A stretch of 64,000 nucleotides of DNA from an uncultured delta proteobacterium (GTDB taxonomy: Bacteria > Desulfobacterota > Desulfobacteria > Desulfobacterales > JAFDCJ01). The notes under the pieces are model-generated. The model was not told where the DNA came from. It was given only the letters and a program-made list of their open reading frames with translations, and searched no databases. Made by a program: the position numbers and the translations under genes. The DNA is taken from contig CAVYNY010000016.1 of the NCBI GenBank assembly GCA_963769935.1, positions 128,001 to 192,000 of the forward strand, in the 5' to 3' direction. Positions 21,387-30,561 of the stretch are shown piece by piece. How positions within the stretch are numbered: position 1 is the first letter of the stretch; each line of letters opens with the position of its first letter.

Positions 21387-21998
21387 CTAATCGAGCAAGT
21401 TAATAATCGACAAAGATAAGAGGAAGAATGAGAGGACAGCGCCTACAAGCCCCGCCATAATTGGATGCCGGAAGATGAAGGAGTCAAGTTCGTGACTGCT
21501 GTTATCAAGTTTTTCGAAAATGAATTTTGTTTCGAACCAGGAATTCAACTTATTATCTATCTGCTTCATTTTACCGGGTGCGAACGCAAGCAGCGATCCA
21601 AAAAACAACGCCATCAGACCAGCGATTTTACCGATCCAAACCATGGAATCAATAATGATTTCAGGAACAAAAATATCTTTTTGATAGCCAAGAAATATTC
21701 TGGTAAACTTTGTAACATCCAGCGAAAAAAAGAAAAAGAAGAGGGAAAAAGCACCTCCGCCAATCAACAACAGGCCGATCACAAAGTGGTGATTGTAAAA
21801 ATGATGCGCAATCTCAATATCTTTGTCCAGGAAATTAATCTTTTCATCAAGATTTATTTTGCGATTGAGGATGTTGCTCAGGGATTTGGTCCGGTTGGGT
21901 GAAAACAGCAACATGACCGAAAGGGTCATCCCCAAAACGGCGGTGATTAACGTTAAAATCTCAATGGCTTGCCATCCTATTTGCCCGATGATCTGCAT
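21387..21998 (-). CDS. Hypothetical membrane protein with an internal two-fold repeat
   Basis: 203 aa. The pattern TM-FSP..NKL...LD...F.H-TM occurs twice. Confidence 0.7.
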   Translation of the reverse strand: MQIIGQIGWQAIEILTLITAVLGMTLSVMLLFSPNRTKSLSNILNRKINLDEKINFLDKDIEIAHHFYNHHFVIGLLLIGGGAFSLFFFFFSLDVTKFTRIFLGYQKDIFVPEIIIDSMVWIGKIAGLMALFFGSLLAFAPGKMKQIDNKLNSWFETKFIFEKLDNSSHELDSFIFRHPIMAGLVGAVLSFFLLSLSIINLLD

Positions 21999-22085
21999 TT
22001 GGTATCCTTATCGCCGATTCCATAAAATAAATTGAATTGATTCGCTGATTGCCGCGCGCCGACACCGCCGGAGTCAAAGCGGACT

Positions 22086-22787
22086 TTAACCTGATTTAGT
22101 CGTCAGCCGTTTAGCCAGTTTCCCCAATTCATCACTGGCGATGGCTTCCAGTTTTTTCCGAACTATCCTGGAATAATATTCGCGCTCGGTCTTGGTAAAT
22201 GCCTTGCCGTCCCGCCTTTTAAATACCAGTTCCTTTTGTTTCGGAGAAAACAATCTATCCATCAAAACGTCGAGCGCGCCCGGCTGCTGGGGCACAATTG
22301 GTCTGCGGTCCGCATGGGGTTGCGCAGGACCGGCGATGTACATATCTAATGTATTTTCTAAAGCCGGTATCGAGACGTACATGCCGCTGCTCATTTGAAT
22401 CTCCCCGGCCGACAGTAAGTCGCCGTATTTATGTTTCAGCGATGCGACAATTTGGTTTAAATTTCCGGGGGGGGTAAGGCCTTTTATTTTGAAAATGGCG
22501 GCGCTGACCAAAAGCAGTTTTTCCAGGTTCTGTCTCTTGGGGCTGGTCTCCCAGTAACGGGAAAATAATGCCTGCGAATTGAGCACCAGGCCTCTGCGGG
22601 AACAGATAGCGAGAACAGCGGGGAATCTGGCAACGACCTCAACATCTTCAGCACTTGCCAGGGCATCCAGAATTACAATGATCTGGTTTTCATTAATTTT
22701 CTTGCGCCCTGGCTCATTCAGCAGCGAATCAAGAATCTTTAAAGCCGTTTCTGATCTTTTTTTCTTTTCAGGCGCCTGCTTTTTCAT
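22086..22787 (-). CDS. Hypothetical protein
   Basis: 233 aa ORF; C-terminal FSPKQKELVFKR...TKTEREYYSR.VRKKL may be HTH-like. Confidence 0.65.
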   Translation of the reverse strand: MKKQAPEKKKRSETALKILDSLLNEPGRKKINENQIIVILDALASAEDVEVVARFPAVLAICSRRGLVLNSQALFSRYWETSPKRQNLEKLLLVSAAIFKIKGLTPPGNLNQIVASLKHKYGDLLSAGEIQMSSGMYVSIPALENTLDMYIAGPAQPHADRRPIVPQQPGALDVLMDRLFSPKQKELVFKRRDGKAFTKTEREYYSRIVRKKLEAIASDELGKLAKRLTTKSG

Positions 22788-23080
22788 TGGCTTTGGTAAT
22801 TTACCGGCAGTTAATAATCGATTGCTCTGCGGGAGGGGATAACCCCCTTGAGCAAGTCTCTTAGGGGCGCCCATTAAAGTGCTTCCCGCCCGCCCGAATC
22901 TGGTGTCGCTACCCGAAATCGCTTAGATTAAACCATGGTAACCTTATTTGTAAAATAGAGCAAGAACATTGTATCTAAAAATACAATTATGAAGCGCTTA
23001 ACGGCACGGTAGGAAGGCTTTTTCCGGTTTAGCCGGATTGTGAATTTATGAATCAAAGGTTAGCCGATTGGCGGCAGTCG

Positions 23081-24449
23081 TCAGCGTCGGTAAGTTCTTT
23101 GTCTGGCCAGGGCCGCTTTGGTCAAAGTGTCGACATGGATATCTACGTAATCGAAAACCCTAGCCGTTTTTTTACCGGGTGCCGGACGCAGAACCCGTCC
23201 AAGATACTGTAAGACACGACCGCTGAATCGGATGGGGGTGGCGAAAAAAAGGGTAGACAAATTTTGACAGTCAAAGCCCTCACCGATAAGCTGGCCGGTG
23301 GCAATGACAACCTGCACCTTTTTCTGATTTAAGCCCTCGATTACCTTCTGACGCTGATCCATATTCAGGTCACCGGTCAAAATTTCGGAATCGATTTTAA
23401 ATCGAAACTTCAACAGGGCCCGCAGGTTTTCACAATGCGCCTTGCGATCGGACAAAACCAGGCAGATCCCGTCAATGTTCGCGGTTTCCCGGGCAACATC
23501 GGCAGCGATGAGAATATTCCTTTGGGTATCGGCCGTGAGCTCCGATAACATCTTGCTGTATTCGGTCACCGGGTCATAATGGGGCCTGAAGTCGGTTTCC
23601 CGCGTGATAACTTCCGCGGGCAGGACATCTCCGGTTGCAAGCAAATGTTTTTTGTCGACTTCATGGTGTACGTCACCAAGGTGCCAGAAGATCAATTTGG
23701 ACAGTTTGTCCCTGCGCCAGGGTGTCGCAGACAGTCCCAGCATATATTTGGAATCAAAACCGGTCACAGCTTCTGTAAAGGTGCGGCTCGGACACCGGTG
23801 GCATTCGTCTACCACCAGAAACCCGAAATGCCCGGCAACCTCCTCGACACATTTGTAAAGAGATTGCACCAGGGCGATGGACATTTGTTCGCCCAGCTGC
23901 TTTTTGCCGCCGCCGATTATTCCGACCTTTTGAGCCTCGAATTCCGAGAAATTTTTCGATGCGCTGCGCCCATTGGACGGCCAGGTCTTTGGTATGAACA
24001 ACTATTAAGGTCGGCTGCCGGCGTTGGGCGATCATGTACAGCGCCATAATTGTTTTGCCGGATCCGGTAGCCGAACTCAAGGTGCCGAAATCTTTGCCCA
24101 GCATGCGGTCCACCGCGACCTGCTGAAACGGCCTCAGTTTTCCATTAAACAAAAAGTCGACGGGAGCCAGACGCCGGCGGTGATCGTTAATTTTGTATTT
24201 TAGGTCATTTTTACGACACAGCAAAATCAGCTGCCGCATATAGCCCCGCGGAATCCACAACCCCGTATGTCCCACCTTATCGTAGAAACGCAGCACCTGG
24301 GGCGTACCCCGGTTCCAGCGCCCCATCCTCTCATTCTCAACCCATTTGGGGTTTAATATTTCCAGCTTTTCGGTGAGAATGGCCAGAAGGTCCGGCGGGA
24401 CATTTTCCAAATGCAGGTTATTGGTGATTGTAATCGTAAAAGGTGCCAT
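23081..24449 (-). CDS. Superfamily 2 DEAD/DEAH-box (ResIII-like) helicase; frameshift near 23940
   Basis: LRPFQ and ATGSGKT in the upstream frame; DECH, GLSATP, EGFD and QYLGRVLR in the downstream frame. Confidence 0.88.
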
Positions 24450-24681
24450 AGGCTCTAAATTGAATATTGGAAATTGAAGATTGTATGTATTCAATCGTTT
24501 TTATATATCAGATGACGGAGCTCAACAACTTTACCAACTTGATCCTTGTACGGTTATCCTATCACTCCGCAATCCGTAACTCGCACCCCGCACCCCATTA
24601 ACCCGCACCCCGCAACTCGCGACCCGCAGCGTGCCTTTCTTTACTATGAACTATCAACTATCAGCCATGAGCTATGAGCTA

Positions 24682-25743
24682 TTACATCTTCCCCCGTTCC
24701 TGCATTATACGAATGTAAGTTTCCGCTCCGGTTTGGGGGGGCTCGTAAAGCTGATCTTCAGGTTTTTTAATCAGCCTGATGGCATCGCCCGGGCAGGTGG
24801 TCACACACAGCCCGCAGCCGATGCAGCGGTTCAGGTTTATTTCAGCAATGCCGTCGGCCACCTCAACGGCGTCCATTTGACATCGCTCCCGACAGGTTTC
24901 ACAGCCCGTGCAGGCGGTCTCATCAACCTGCGCGAAATAATTACTCTGCACCATCTCAGCCGGAGACGGGTGCATTTTCAGCGATCGGAGGACGCCGCAG
25001 CAATCGCCGCAGCAGCTGCACATTCCGCCGATTTTCTGGGAATTGAAGGGTTGCATAACCAGACCGGCCTCTTCGTTCCGACGGACAATCTTTCTGGCTT
25101 CCTCATGGGTGATGAAACGCCCCATTCCGTTCTCAACGTAATAATCGGCATGAGAGCCGAAAGAAAAGCAGTTCTCCACCGGTTTATCACATCCTTTGCC
25201 GGCCAGTTTAGTGGTTGTACGGCAAACGCAGGGCGCAATTGCAATTTTTTTCTGGCTATCGATAATCTGCAGGACATCTTCATAGGGCGCTACCGGATAT
25301 TCAGCGACCAGTTTGCGGTTGATGGGTACGGTGCGCAGCACGGGAGTTTTAAATGACTGAATCGTGCGGCCGAAAGCGGTTTCAAAATATTCTTCATGAT
25401 CCCGGGCAAAACCCTCATCCATGCGGCCAAGCTGATGTTCGAATATTCCCACCACATAGGGTACGGCCGAGTAGCGCACCAAATCACCTTTGCGTTTTCG
25501 AAAAAGGAGTCCTTTTTGGGCCATGCGCTCCATCATCGCGGCAATCTCATCCGGATCACGCCCTGACTGTTTGGCCACGTCGACAGACTTTTGCAAAAGG
25601 GGAGAAAGGTGCAAATACAACTCGGCCTCTTCCTCGGTAAACAGCCGCTCCAGCAGCCTGATTTCGATCTTGCTTTCAGTTGCCGGGTACCCGGTGGCCA
25701 AGTCATCCAGACGTGCTCTCAAACGCTCATAAATATTATCCAT
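24682..25743 (-). CDS. 4Fe-4S dicluster protein with an N-terminal HTH-like region
   Basis: PCVCR, CFSFG, CSCCGDCCG, CTGCETCRERC, CIGCGLCVTTCP. Confidence 0.88.
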   Translation of the reverse strand: MDNIYERLRARLDDLATGYPATESKIEIRLLERLFTEEEAELYLHLSPLLQKSVDVAKQSGRDPDEIAAMMERMAQKGLLFRKRKGDLVRYSAVPYVVGIFEHQLGRMDEGFARDHEEYFETAFGRTIQSFKTPVLRTVPINRKLVAEYPVAPYEDVLQIIDSQKKIAIAPCVCRTTTKLAGKGCDKPVENCFSFGSHADYYVENGMGRFITHEEARKIVRRNEEAGLVMQPFNSQKIGGMCSCCGDCCGVLRSLKMHPSPAEMVQSNYFAQVDETACTGCETCRERCQMDAVEVADGIAEINLNRCIGCGLCVTTCPGDAIRLIKKPEDQLYEPPQTGAETYIRIMQERGKM

Positions 25744-25794
25744 TCACCATCCTCCAATTATTTAATAGTATAAAATGTTGTGCCAAACAAGACC

Positions 25795-26508
25795 CTATAC
25801 GGTTTGAAGTCGTTGCGAAGCAGGCGCAGGATCGAGCAGAAACGTATCAATAAACTGCAGCACGAACTGCGCGTATTGTTCCACCGGAATTCTTCTTCTG
25901 GCATACTTGCTGCGCTTCAAATACCAATCCTGCAGCATGGCTTTGATCACGCCGGCCGTCAATAGAGCATCGCGGGCCATGAAATCACCCCGATTCTTTC
26001 CCTCTTCTATAATTTCAGCTAAAAGCCCTTCGGTATAGAGTTCACTGGCGACCGCCAGGTCCTGTTCTTTTTTGGAAAGATTTTTGGCCTCCATGTAGGA
26101 AAAATAAAACCAGGGCTGCATAAACTCGCTTAAATAAAGGTGGGTTATAATGGCCGCCCTGAGGCGGGCCGCAGGTCCGGCTTCCTGCGCAATGCAGTCA
26201 TCCAGGATTCGCCTGGTTATGGTGCGACGCTGATTCTGGAGCATCGCCAGAAGCTCTTCTTTGCTCGCAAAATAGGAATATAAGGCGCCCAAACTCAGAT
26301 GGGTTTCGCGGCTGAGATCCCGCATGCTCATAGCTTGAAAGCCTTTCCTGTTGCTGATACTGAGCGTGGCGCTGAAGATTCGCTCGAGGTTCTTGACCAC
26401 CGTATCTTCTTTTTTGACCCGGATGGAGTTTCGATTTTCTCGATACACCTCCCGACAAATGTCTTCCCTGGAAAGACTTATCTTGTTTTGAAAATCCGAG
26501 TAGTCCAT
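25795..26508 (-). CDS. TetR/AcrR family regulator
   Basis: KGFQAMSMRDLSRETHLSLGALYSYFASKEELL HTH. Confidence 0.92.
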   Translation of the reverse strand: MDYSDFQNKISLSREDICREVYRENRNSIRVKKEDTVVKNLERIFSATLSISNRKGFQAMSMRDLSRETHLSLGALYSYFASKEELLAMLQNQRRTITRRILDDCIAQEAGPAARLRAAIITHLYLSEFMQPWFYFSYMEAKNLSKKEQDLAVASELYTEGLLAEIIEEGKNRGDFMARDALLTAGVIKAMLQDWYLKRSKYARRRIPVEQYAQFVLQFIDTFLLDPAPASQRLQTV

Positions 26509-26523
26509 GGATTCATAATATTT

Positions 26524-26595
26524 TAGGTGTCAGGTGTCAGGTGTCAGGCCAGCCGCTGGCCGCGGAGCGGCCAGTTTGATCAAAGACGAAAATTT
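26524..26595. repeat. GGTGTCA-array plus CCGC.GGCC..CGGCC.G.TTGATC dispersed repeat
   Basis: Related copies at about 45532-45595, 45757-45820 and 51412-51470, and in reverse at about 26925-26970 and 54360-54418. Confidence 0.75.
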
Positions 26596-26625
26596 TATAT
26601 CACCTGCTCACGGTTTCAAGATGTT

Positions 26626-26698
26626 GTGGGAGCGGTTTGTAACCGCGATAAACTCGGTCGGGCTGCCATCGAAAATCGTGGTTGAAAACCACTCCCAC
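26626..26698. repeat. REP doublet (GTGG-type palindromes)
   Basis: GTGGGAGCGGTTTGTAACCGCGAT ... ATCGTGGTTGAAAACCACTCCCAC inverted pair. Confidence 0.7.
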
Positions 26699-27075
26699 CC
26701 ACAATTAACTCTATTCTAAAAATAGCCCTAGCCAGGATTTTAGTGGAGTTTCACACGAAATTTATGGCGCGAGCCAATCGATAGTACAATCCAAATTGCA
26801 AGCACCAAATTCCAAATAATCCCCAAATCACAATAATCAATGGCCGAAACCGTCCAAAACAAGAACCGTGAGCGGTTTTATTTTTTAATGCCAATGGCAT
26901 CTTCACATAATTTAGGCCGTGATTAAACTGGTCGATAGCCGACCAGCGAAGCCGCTGACACCTGAAACCTAAGTCATAAAAAATACAAAGGATTCGACAA
27001 CATCGGCAACAAATTATCGATGTCGCTTTGTTAAGCGCCTCATAACCTAGATCCGCCTCCGATGAAATTGCGGTA

Positions 27076-28281
27076 TCAGCGCACCCGTTTGCCTTCATAT
27101 GACCGCAGGATCCGCTTGGCCACCGATACCTTGTGAACCTCGTCGGCACCGTCGTAAATTCGGGCCGCCCGTTCATGGCGATAGAAAAAAGCCAGTATCG
27201 TATCATCGGTCATTCCCAGACCGCCATGGACCTGCAGCGCCCGGTCGATGACTTTTTGCATCACATTGGCCACGACAAATTTTATCAGAGATATTTCATT
27301 GCGGGCTTCCTTTTTGCCGACGGTTTCAATCATCCAGGCCGCGTGCAGCACCATCAGCCGGGCCGCCTGGATATCGGCCGCACATTCGGCGATCCACGCC
27401 TGGATGATCTGTTTGGTGGCCAGCTTGCGGCCCGGTGCTATAATCCGGTCCCGGGCGCGGGCGACCATTAAATCAAAGGCCCGGTTGCAGATGCCGATCC
27501 AGCGCATACAGTGATGGATTCGCCCGGGACCGAGCCGTTCCTGGGCAATGACAAATCCATGGCCTTCAGGCCCCAGCAGATTTTTCTGCGGTACCCGGCA
27601 ATTTTGATACAGGATTTCAGCATGACTGAAATAGTCTTCACCGGCATGGCCCATCACCGGAATGTTGCGCACCAGGTTGAACCCGGGGCTGTCGGTCGGA
27701 ACGATGATCATGCTGGCCTGCAGATAGGGTCCGGCATCCGGGTTGGTAACCGCCATAACAATGGCAAATTTTGCCCCATCCGCCGACGAGGTATACCATT
27801 TCTGACCGTTGATGACATAGTCATCGCGGTCTTTGACGGCGGTTGTATCCATCATGACCGGGTTGGAGCCGGGCAATTCCACTTCGGTCATCGAAAAACA
27901 ACTGCGGATTTTACCGTCTACCAGGGGCTGCAGGTATATTTCTTTTTGTTCTTCGCTTCCGAACTGATGCAGTATCTCAATATTGCCGGCATCCGGTGCC
28001 TGACAGCCAAAGATATAATGTCCGAGCGGCGAACGCCCCAAGGCTTCCGAAACCAGAGCATGTTCCATCAAATCAAGTCCCATTCCGCCGTATTCCGGCG
28101 GGTGGTTGGGTGCCCATAGCTCCATTTGCCTGACCATCTTCCGTTTTTCCTCGAGTACCGGCAGCAGACTTCGGGCCGGCTTGGTCAAAAATTCCGGTTC
28201 CAGAGGAATCAGCTCCCTATCCACAAATTCATCGATCATCCCCAGGATGGTCTTCATTTTTTCCGAAACGGTAAAATCCAT
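27076..28281 (-). CDS. Acyl-CoA dehydrogenase (ACAD10/11-like bacterial group)
   Basis: CQAPDAGN, FSMTE, INGQKWYTS, AQERLGPGRIHHCMR, RIYDGADEVH. Confidence 0.95.
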   Translation of the reverse strand: MDFTVSEKMKTILGMIDEFVDRELIPLEPEFLTKPARSLLPVLEEKRKMVRQMELWAPNHPPEYGGMGLDLMEHALVSEALGRSPLGHYIFGCQAPDAGNIEILHQFGSEEQKEIYLQPLVDGKIRSCFSMTEVELPGSNPVMMDTTAVKDRDDYVINGQKWYTSSADGAKFAIVMAVTNPDAGPYLQASMIIVPTDSPGFNLVRNIPVMGHAGEDYFSHAEILYQNCRVPQKNLLGPEGHGFVIAQERLGPGRIHHCMRWIGICNRAFDLMVARARDRIIAPGRKLATKQIIQAWIAECAADIQAARLMVLHAAWMIETVGKKEARNEISLIKFVVANVMQKVIDRALQVHGGLGMTDDTILAFFYRHERAARIYDGADEVHKVSVAKRILRSYEGKRVR

Positions 28282-28401
28282 TTAAGTCCTCCCTTTTGCA
28301 TGCAAGTTAGGGGCTTGGCCCCAATTGGAACGCTGCATTTTTTTCTTTTCTTATTTCAAATCAGCCCTCTGAAAATTATGACCCATCATTATTTGAATAA
28401 G

Positions 28402-28505
28402 GTAATTAATCCGCCCGGGCAACGATTAGCATCCTCATAAGTTTCAAAAGGACGACTATGTTTCATATAGACCTGATAACGCTATTTTTCAGGGCGGAGT
28501 GATTA
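28402..28505. repeat. About 100 bp miniature element with TAATTAATCCGC / TTTTTCAGGGCGGA ends
   Basis: Same end motifs at 55286-55382 and 55479-55501; a solo end at 20701. Confidence 0.65.
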
Positions 28506-28510
28506 CTGTG

Positions 28511-28600
28511 ACTCATATAACCGCAGTCTTGCATAGTCAAGAAAAAAAAGAACGAACGTTCGTTTTTTATTGACACCGGCCCTTGCCTCTCGTTATTGTG
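28511..28600. promoter_or_regulatory. Back-to-back sigma70 promoters (ACAD and etfBA) flanking a perfect 14-bp palindrome, a candidate TetR operator
   Basis: AACGAACGTTCGTT at 28551-28564. Plus strand TTGACA (28570-28575)-N18-TATTGT (28594-28599); minus strand TTGACT (28540-28535). Confidence 0.7.
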
Positions 28601-28606
28601 GAACGT

Positions 28607-29386
28607 ATGAAGATACTTGTGTGTGTGAAACAGGTGCCTGAATCGGATGCGCCCATCAAAATCGATGCCGGTACCGGCTGGATTCAAACAGAAGAAATAT
28701 CCGGGTTCAAAATGAACCGGCTGGATGAATTCGCCGTTGAAGAGGCGGTTTTAATCAAGGCGGCATTCCCCCATTCAAGCATTGATGCCGTCACTGTGGG
28801 CCCGGACCGATCAGCGGACGTAATCAGGCGCAGCATCGGCATGGGCGCGGATTCAGGCGTACACATCGTGACGCAGTCCGAAAAATATCAAAGTTCATTC
28901 GAAACTGCCGGCCGGATAGCCGAATATGCCCGGGACAGACACTATAATCTTATTCTAACCGGCGCCATGTCTGAGGACAATATGCAGGGTCAGGTCGGTC
29001 CGATGATTGCAGGCCGGCTCGGCCTGCCCTGGGCAACATCCGTGATTTTTGAGAAGATCGCCGCCGACGGGAAAACGGTCTATGTTGAACGCGAAATCGA
29101 AGGGGGCTGCCGGGATACATTAGAGCTGCAATTGCCCGCGGTATTGACGATCCAATCGGGAATCAACTCGCCACGCTACCCGTCCCTTTCCAATCTGCTG
29201 CGGGCCAATCGGACGGAGCTGCACCAAATTGAGGCCGGCGATCCTGCACAGGGCTCATCTTCTGAGATGATCGATCGGATTGTCTATCCGCAAAAAACGC
29301 GCGCGGGTGAGATTTTAAAAGGCACCGGGGAGGAAAAGGCCGCACAGCTTGTCCGCATTCTTCGTGAAAGAGCGTTGCTGCCATAG
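28607..29386 (+). CDS. etfB: Electron transfer flavoprotein beta subunit
   Basis: MKILVCVKQVP, DEFAVEEA, MGAD, GQVGPMIA, PRYPSL. Confidence 0.95.
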   Translation: MKILVCVKQVPESDAPIKIDAGTGWIQTEEISGFKMNRLDEFAVEEAVLIKAAFPHSSIDAVTVGPDRSADVIRRSIGMGADSGVHIVTQSEKYQSSFETAGRIAEYARDRHYNLILTGAMSEDNMQGQVGPMIAGRLGLPWATSVIFEKIAADGKTVYVEREIEGGCRDTLELQLPAVLTIQSGINSPRYPSLSNLLRANRTELHQIEAGDPAQGSSSEMIDRIVYPQKTRAGEILKGTGEEKAAQLVRILRERALLP

Positions 29387-29525
29387 GGAAGTTGATTGAG
29401 TTGATTAGGTTGATAAGCTGATAAGTTATATGAAGAGGCTTTTTTAGGAAATAAAGTTCATTCCGTCGTACCTAATCAACCATTCAACTCGTCAACCCAG
29501 TCAACTAAATAGGGTGAGCCGAAAG

Positions 29526-30515
29526 ATGCGAAATAGCATTGTGGTCATCGCCGAACATACAGACGGTCTGGTGCGGCCCGTGACATATGAACTCATTGCC
29601 TTTGCCTGCAAACTGCAACAGCTGACGCAGCAGGCGATACGGGTTTTGATACTTGGTGCCGACGTACTGAATCTCGCCCGGGATATCGCGAATCAAAGCA
29701 GTCTGGATGTGACGGCCTTTGAAGTCCCCGATCTGCCCGGATATAATGGAGAATTATACAGCCGGCTATTGGCGGAACAGCTTCGCGTCCATGGCCCGGC
29801 CTATGTGTGTGTTGCCCACTCATCCCGGGGACAGGATTTTGCACCGGTCCTGGCGGTCAAATTGGGTGCCGCCTGTATCAGCGCAGTTGAAGATATTCAG
29901 CCGTCCGGCGAAGGCGTCGGTTTTGTGCGACCGCTTTACGGCGGCAAATTAAGGGCCGGCATCCGTCCGGTTTCCGCGACAGCCGTTGTGGCCGTCCAGC
30001 CCGGAATTTTCAAATTCGTGCCGCCGGCAGGTGCGAAAGCCGGCCGCGTCGACATCCGGCCGCTATCGGCTGTGCCGCCAAGCTCGCGTTCTCTGGGAAT
30101 GAAAAAGTCTGCGCCGGATGCGGCGGGTATCACGGAAGCCGACGTCATTGTCGCCGCCGGACAGGGCATCGGCGAAAGGGATAATCTTGACCTTATCCAT
30201 CAACTGGCCGCGCTGTTTGCCAGATCAGCCGTCGCCGGATCCCGCATCGTGTGTGACCTGGGTTGGCTGGAGTACCGGTGTCAGATTGGCGCAACCGGCG
30301 CAACCGTTGCCCCGCGGCTGTACATTGCCTGCGGCATTTCCGGGGCTATCCAGCACCTAACCGGCATGCGCGGCTCGGAGTTTATTGTGGCCATTAATAA
30401 AGACCCGGCCGCCGCCATATTTCAGGTGGCGGACATCTGTATTGTTGAAGATCTGACGACGTTCATCCCAAAAATAATTGCATCCTGCCTGGAATCGAGG
30501 GAGAAACATCAGTGA
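29526..30515 (+). CDS. etfA: Electron transfer flavoprotein alpha subunit
   Basis: [41 protein letters not shown]. Confidence 0.95.
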   Translation: MRNSIVVIAEHTDGLVRPVTYELIAFACKLQQLTQQAIRVLILGADVLNLARDIANQSSLDVTAFEVPDLPGYNGELYSRLLAEQLRVHGPAYVCVAHSSRGQDFAPVLAVKLGAACISAVEDIQPSGEGVGFVRPLYGGKLRAGIRPVSATAVVAVQPGIFKFVPPAGAKAGRVDIRPLSAVPPSSRSLGMKKSAPDAAGITEADVIVAAGQGIGERDNLDLIHQLAALFARSAVAGSRIVCDLGWLEYRCQIGATGATVAPRLYIACGISGAIQHLTGMRGSEFIVAINKDPAAAIFQVADICIVEDLTTFIPKIIASCLESREKHQ

Positions 30516-30561
30516 AGAATCCTGGCCCAGAGGGCCAGGCTTTCAATGTTGGAATATAATA

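Noticed and set aside
22800..22925. GC-rich hairpin-forming leader upstream of the 22787 gene read as a riboswitch
   Set aside because: No conserved core of any riboswitch class I recognise and no terminator; an Rfam scan would be needed.
23081..24449. SF2 helicase as part of an anti-phage defence system
   Set aside because: No adjacent nuclease, methylase or other defence gene, and host-like composition.
26751..27206. 151-aa ORF downstream of the acyl-CoA dehydrogenase
   Set aside because: It overlaps the ACAD out of frame and runs through repeat elements.
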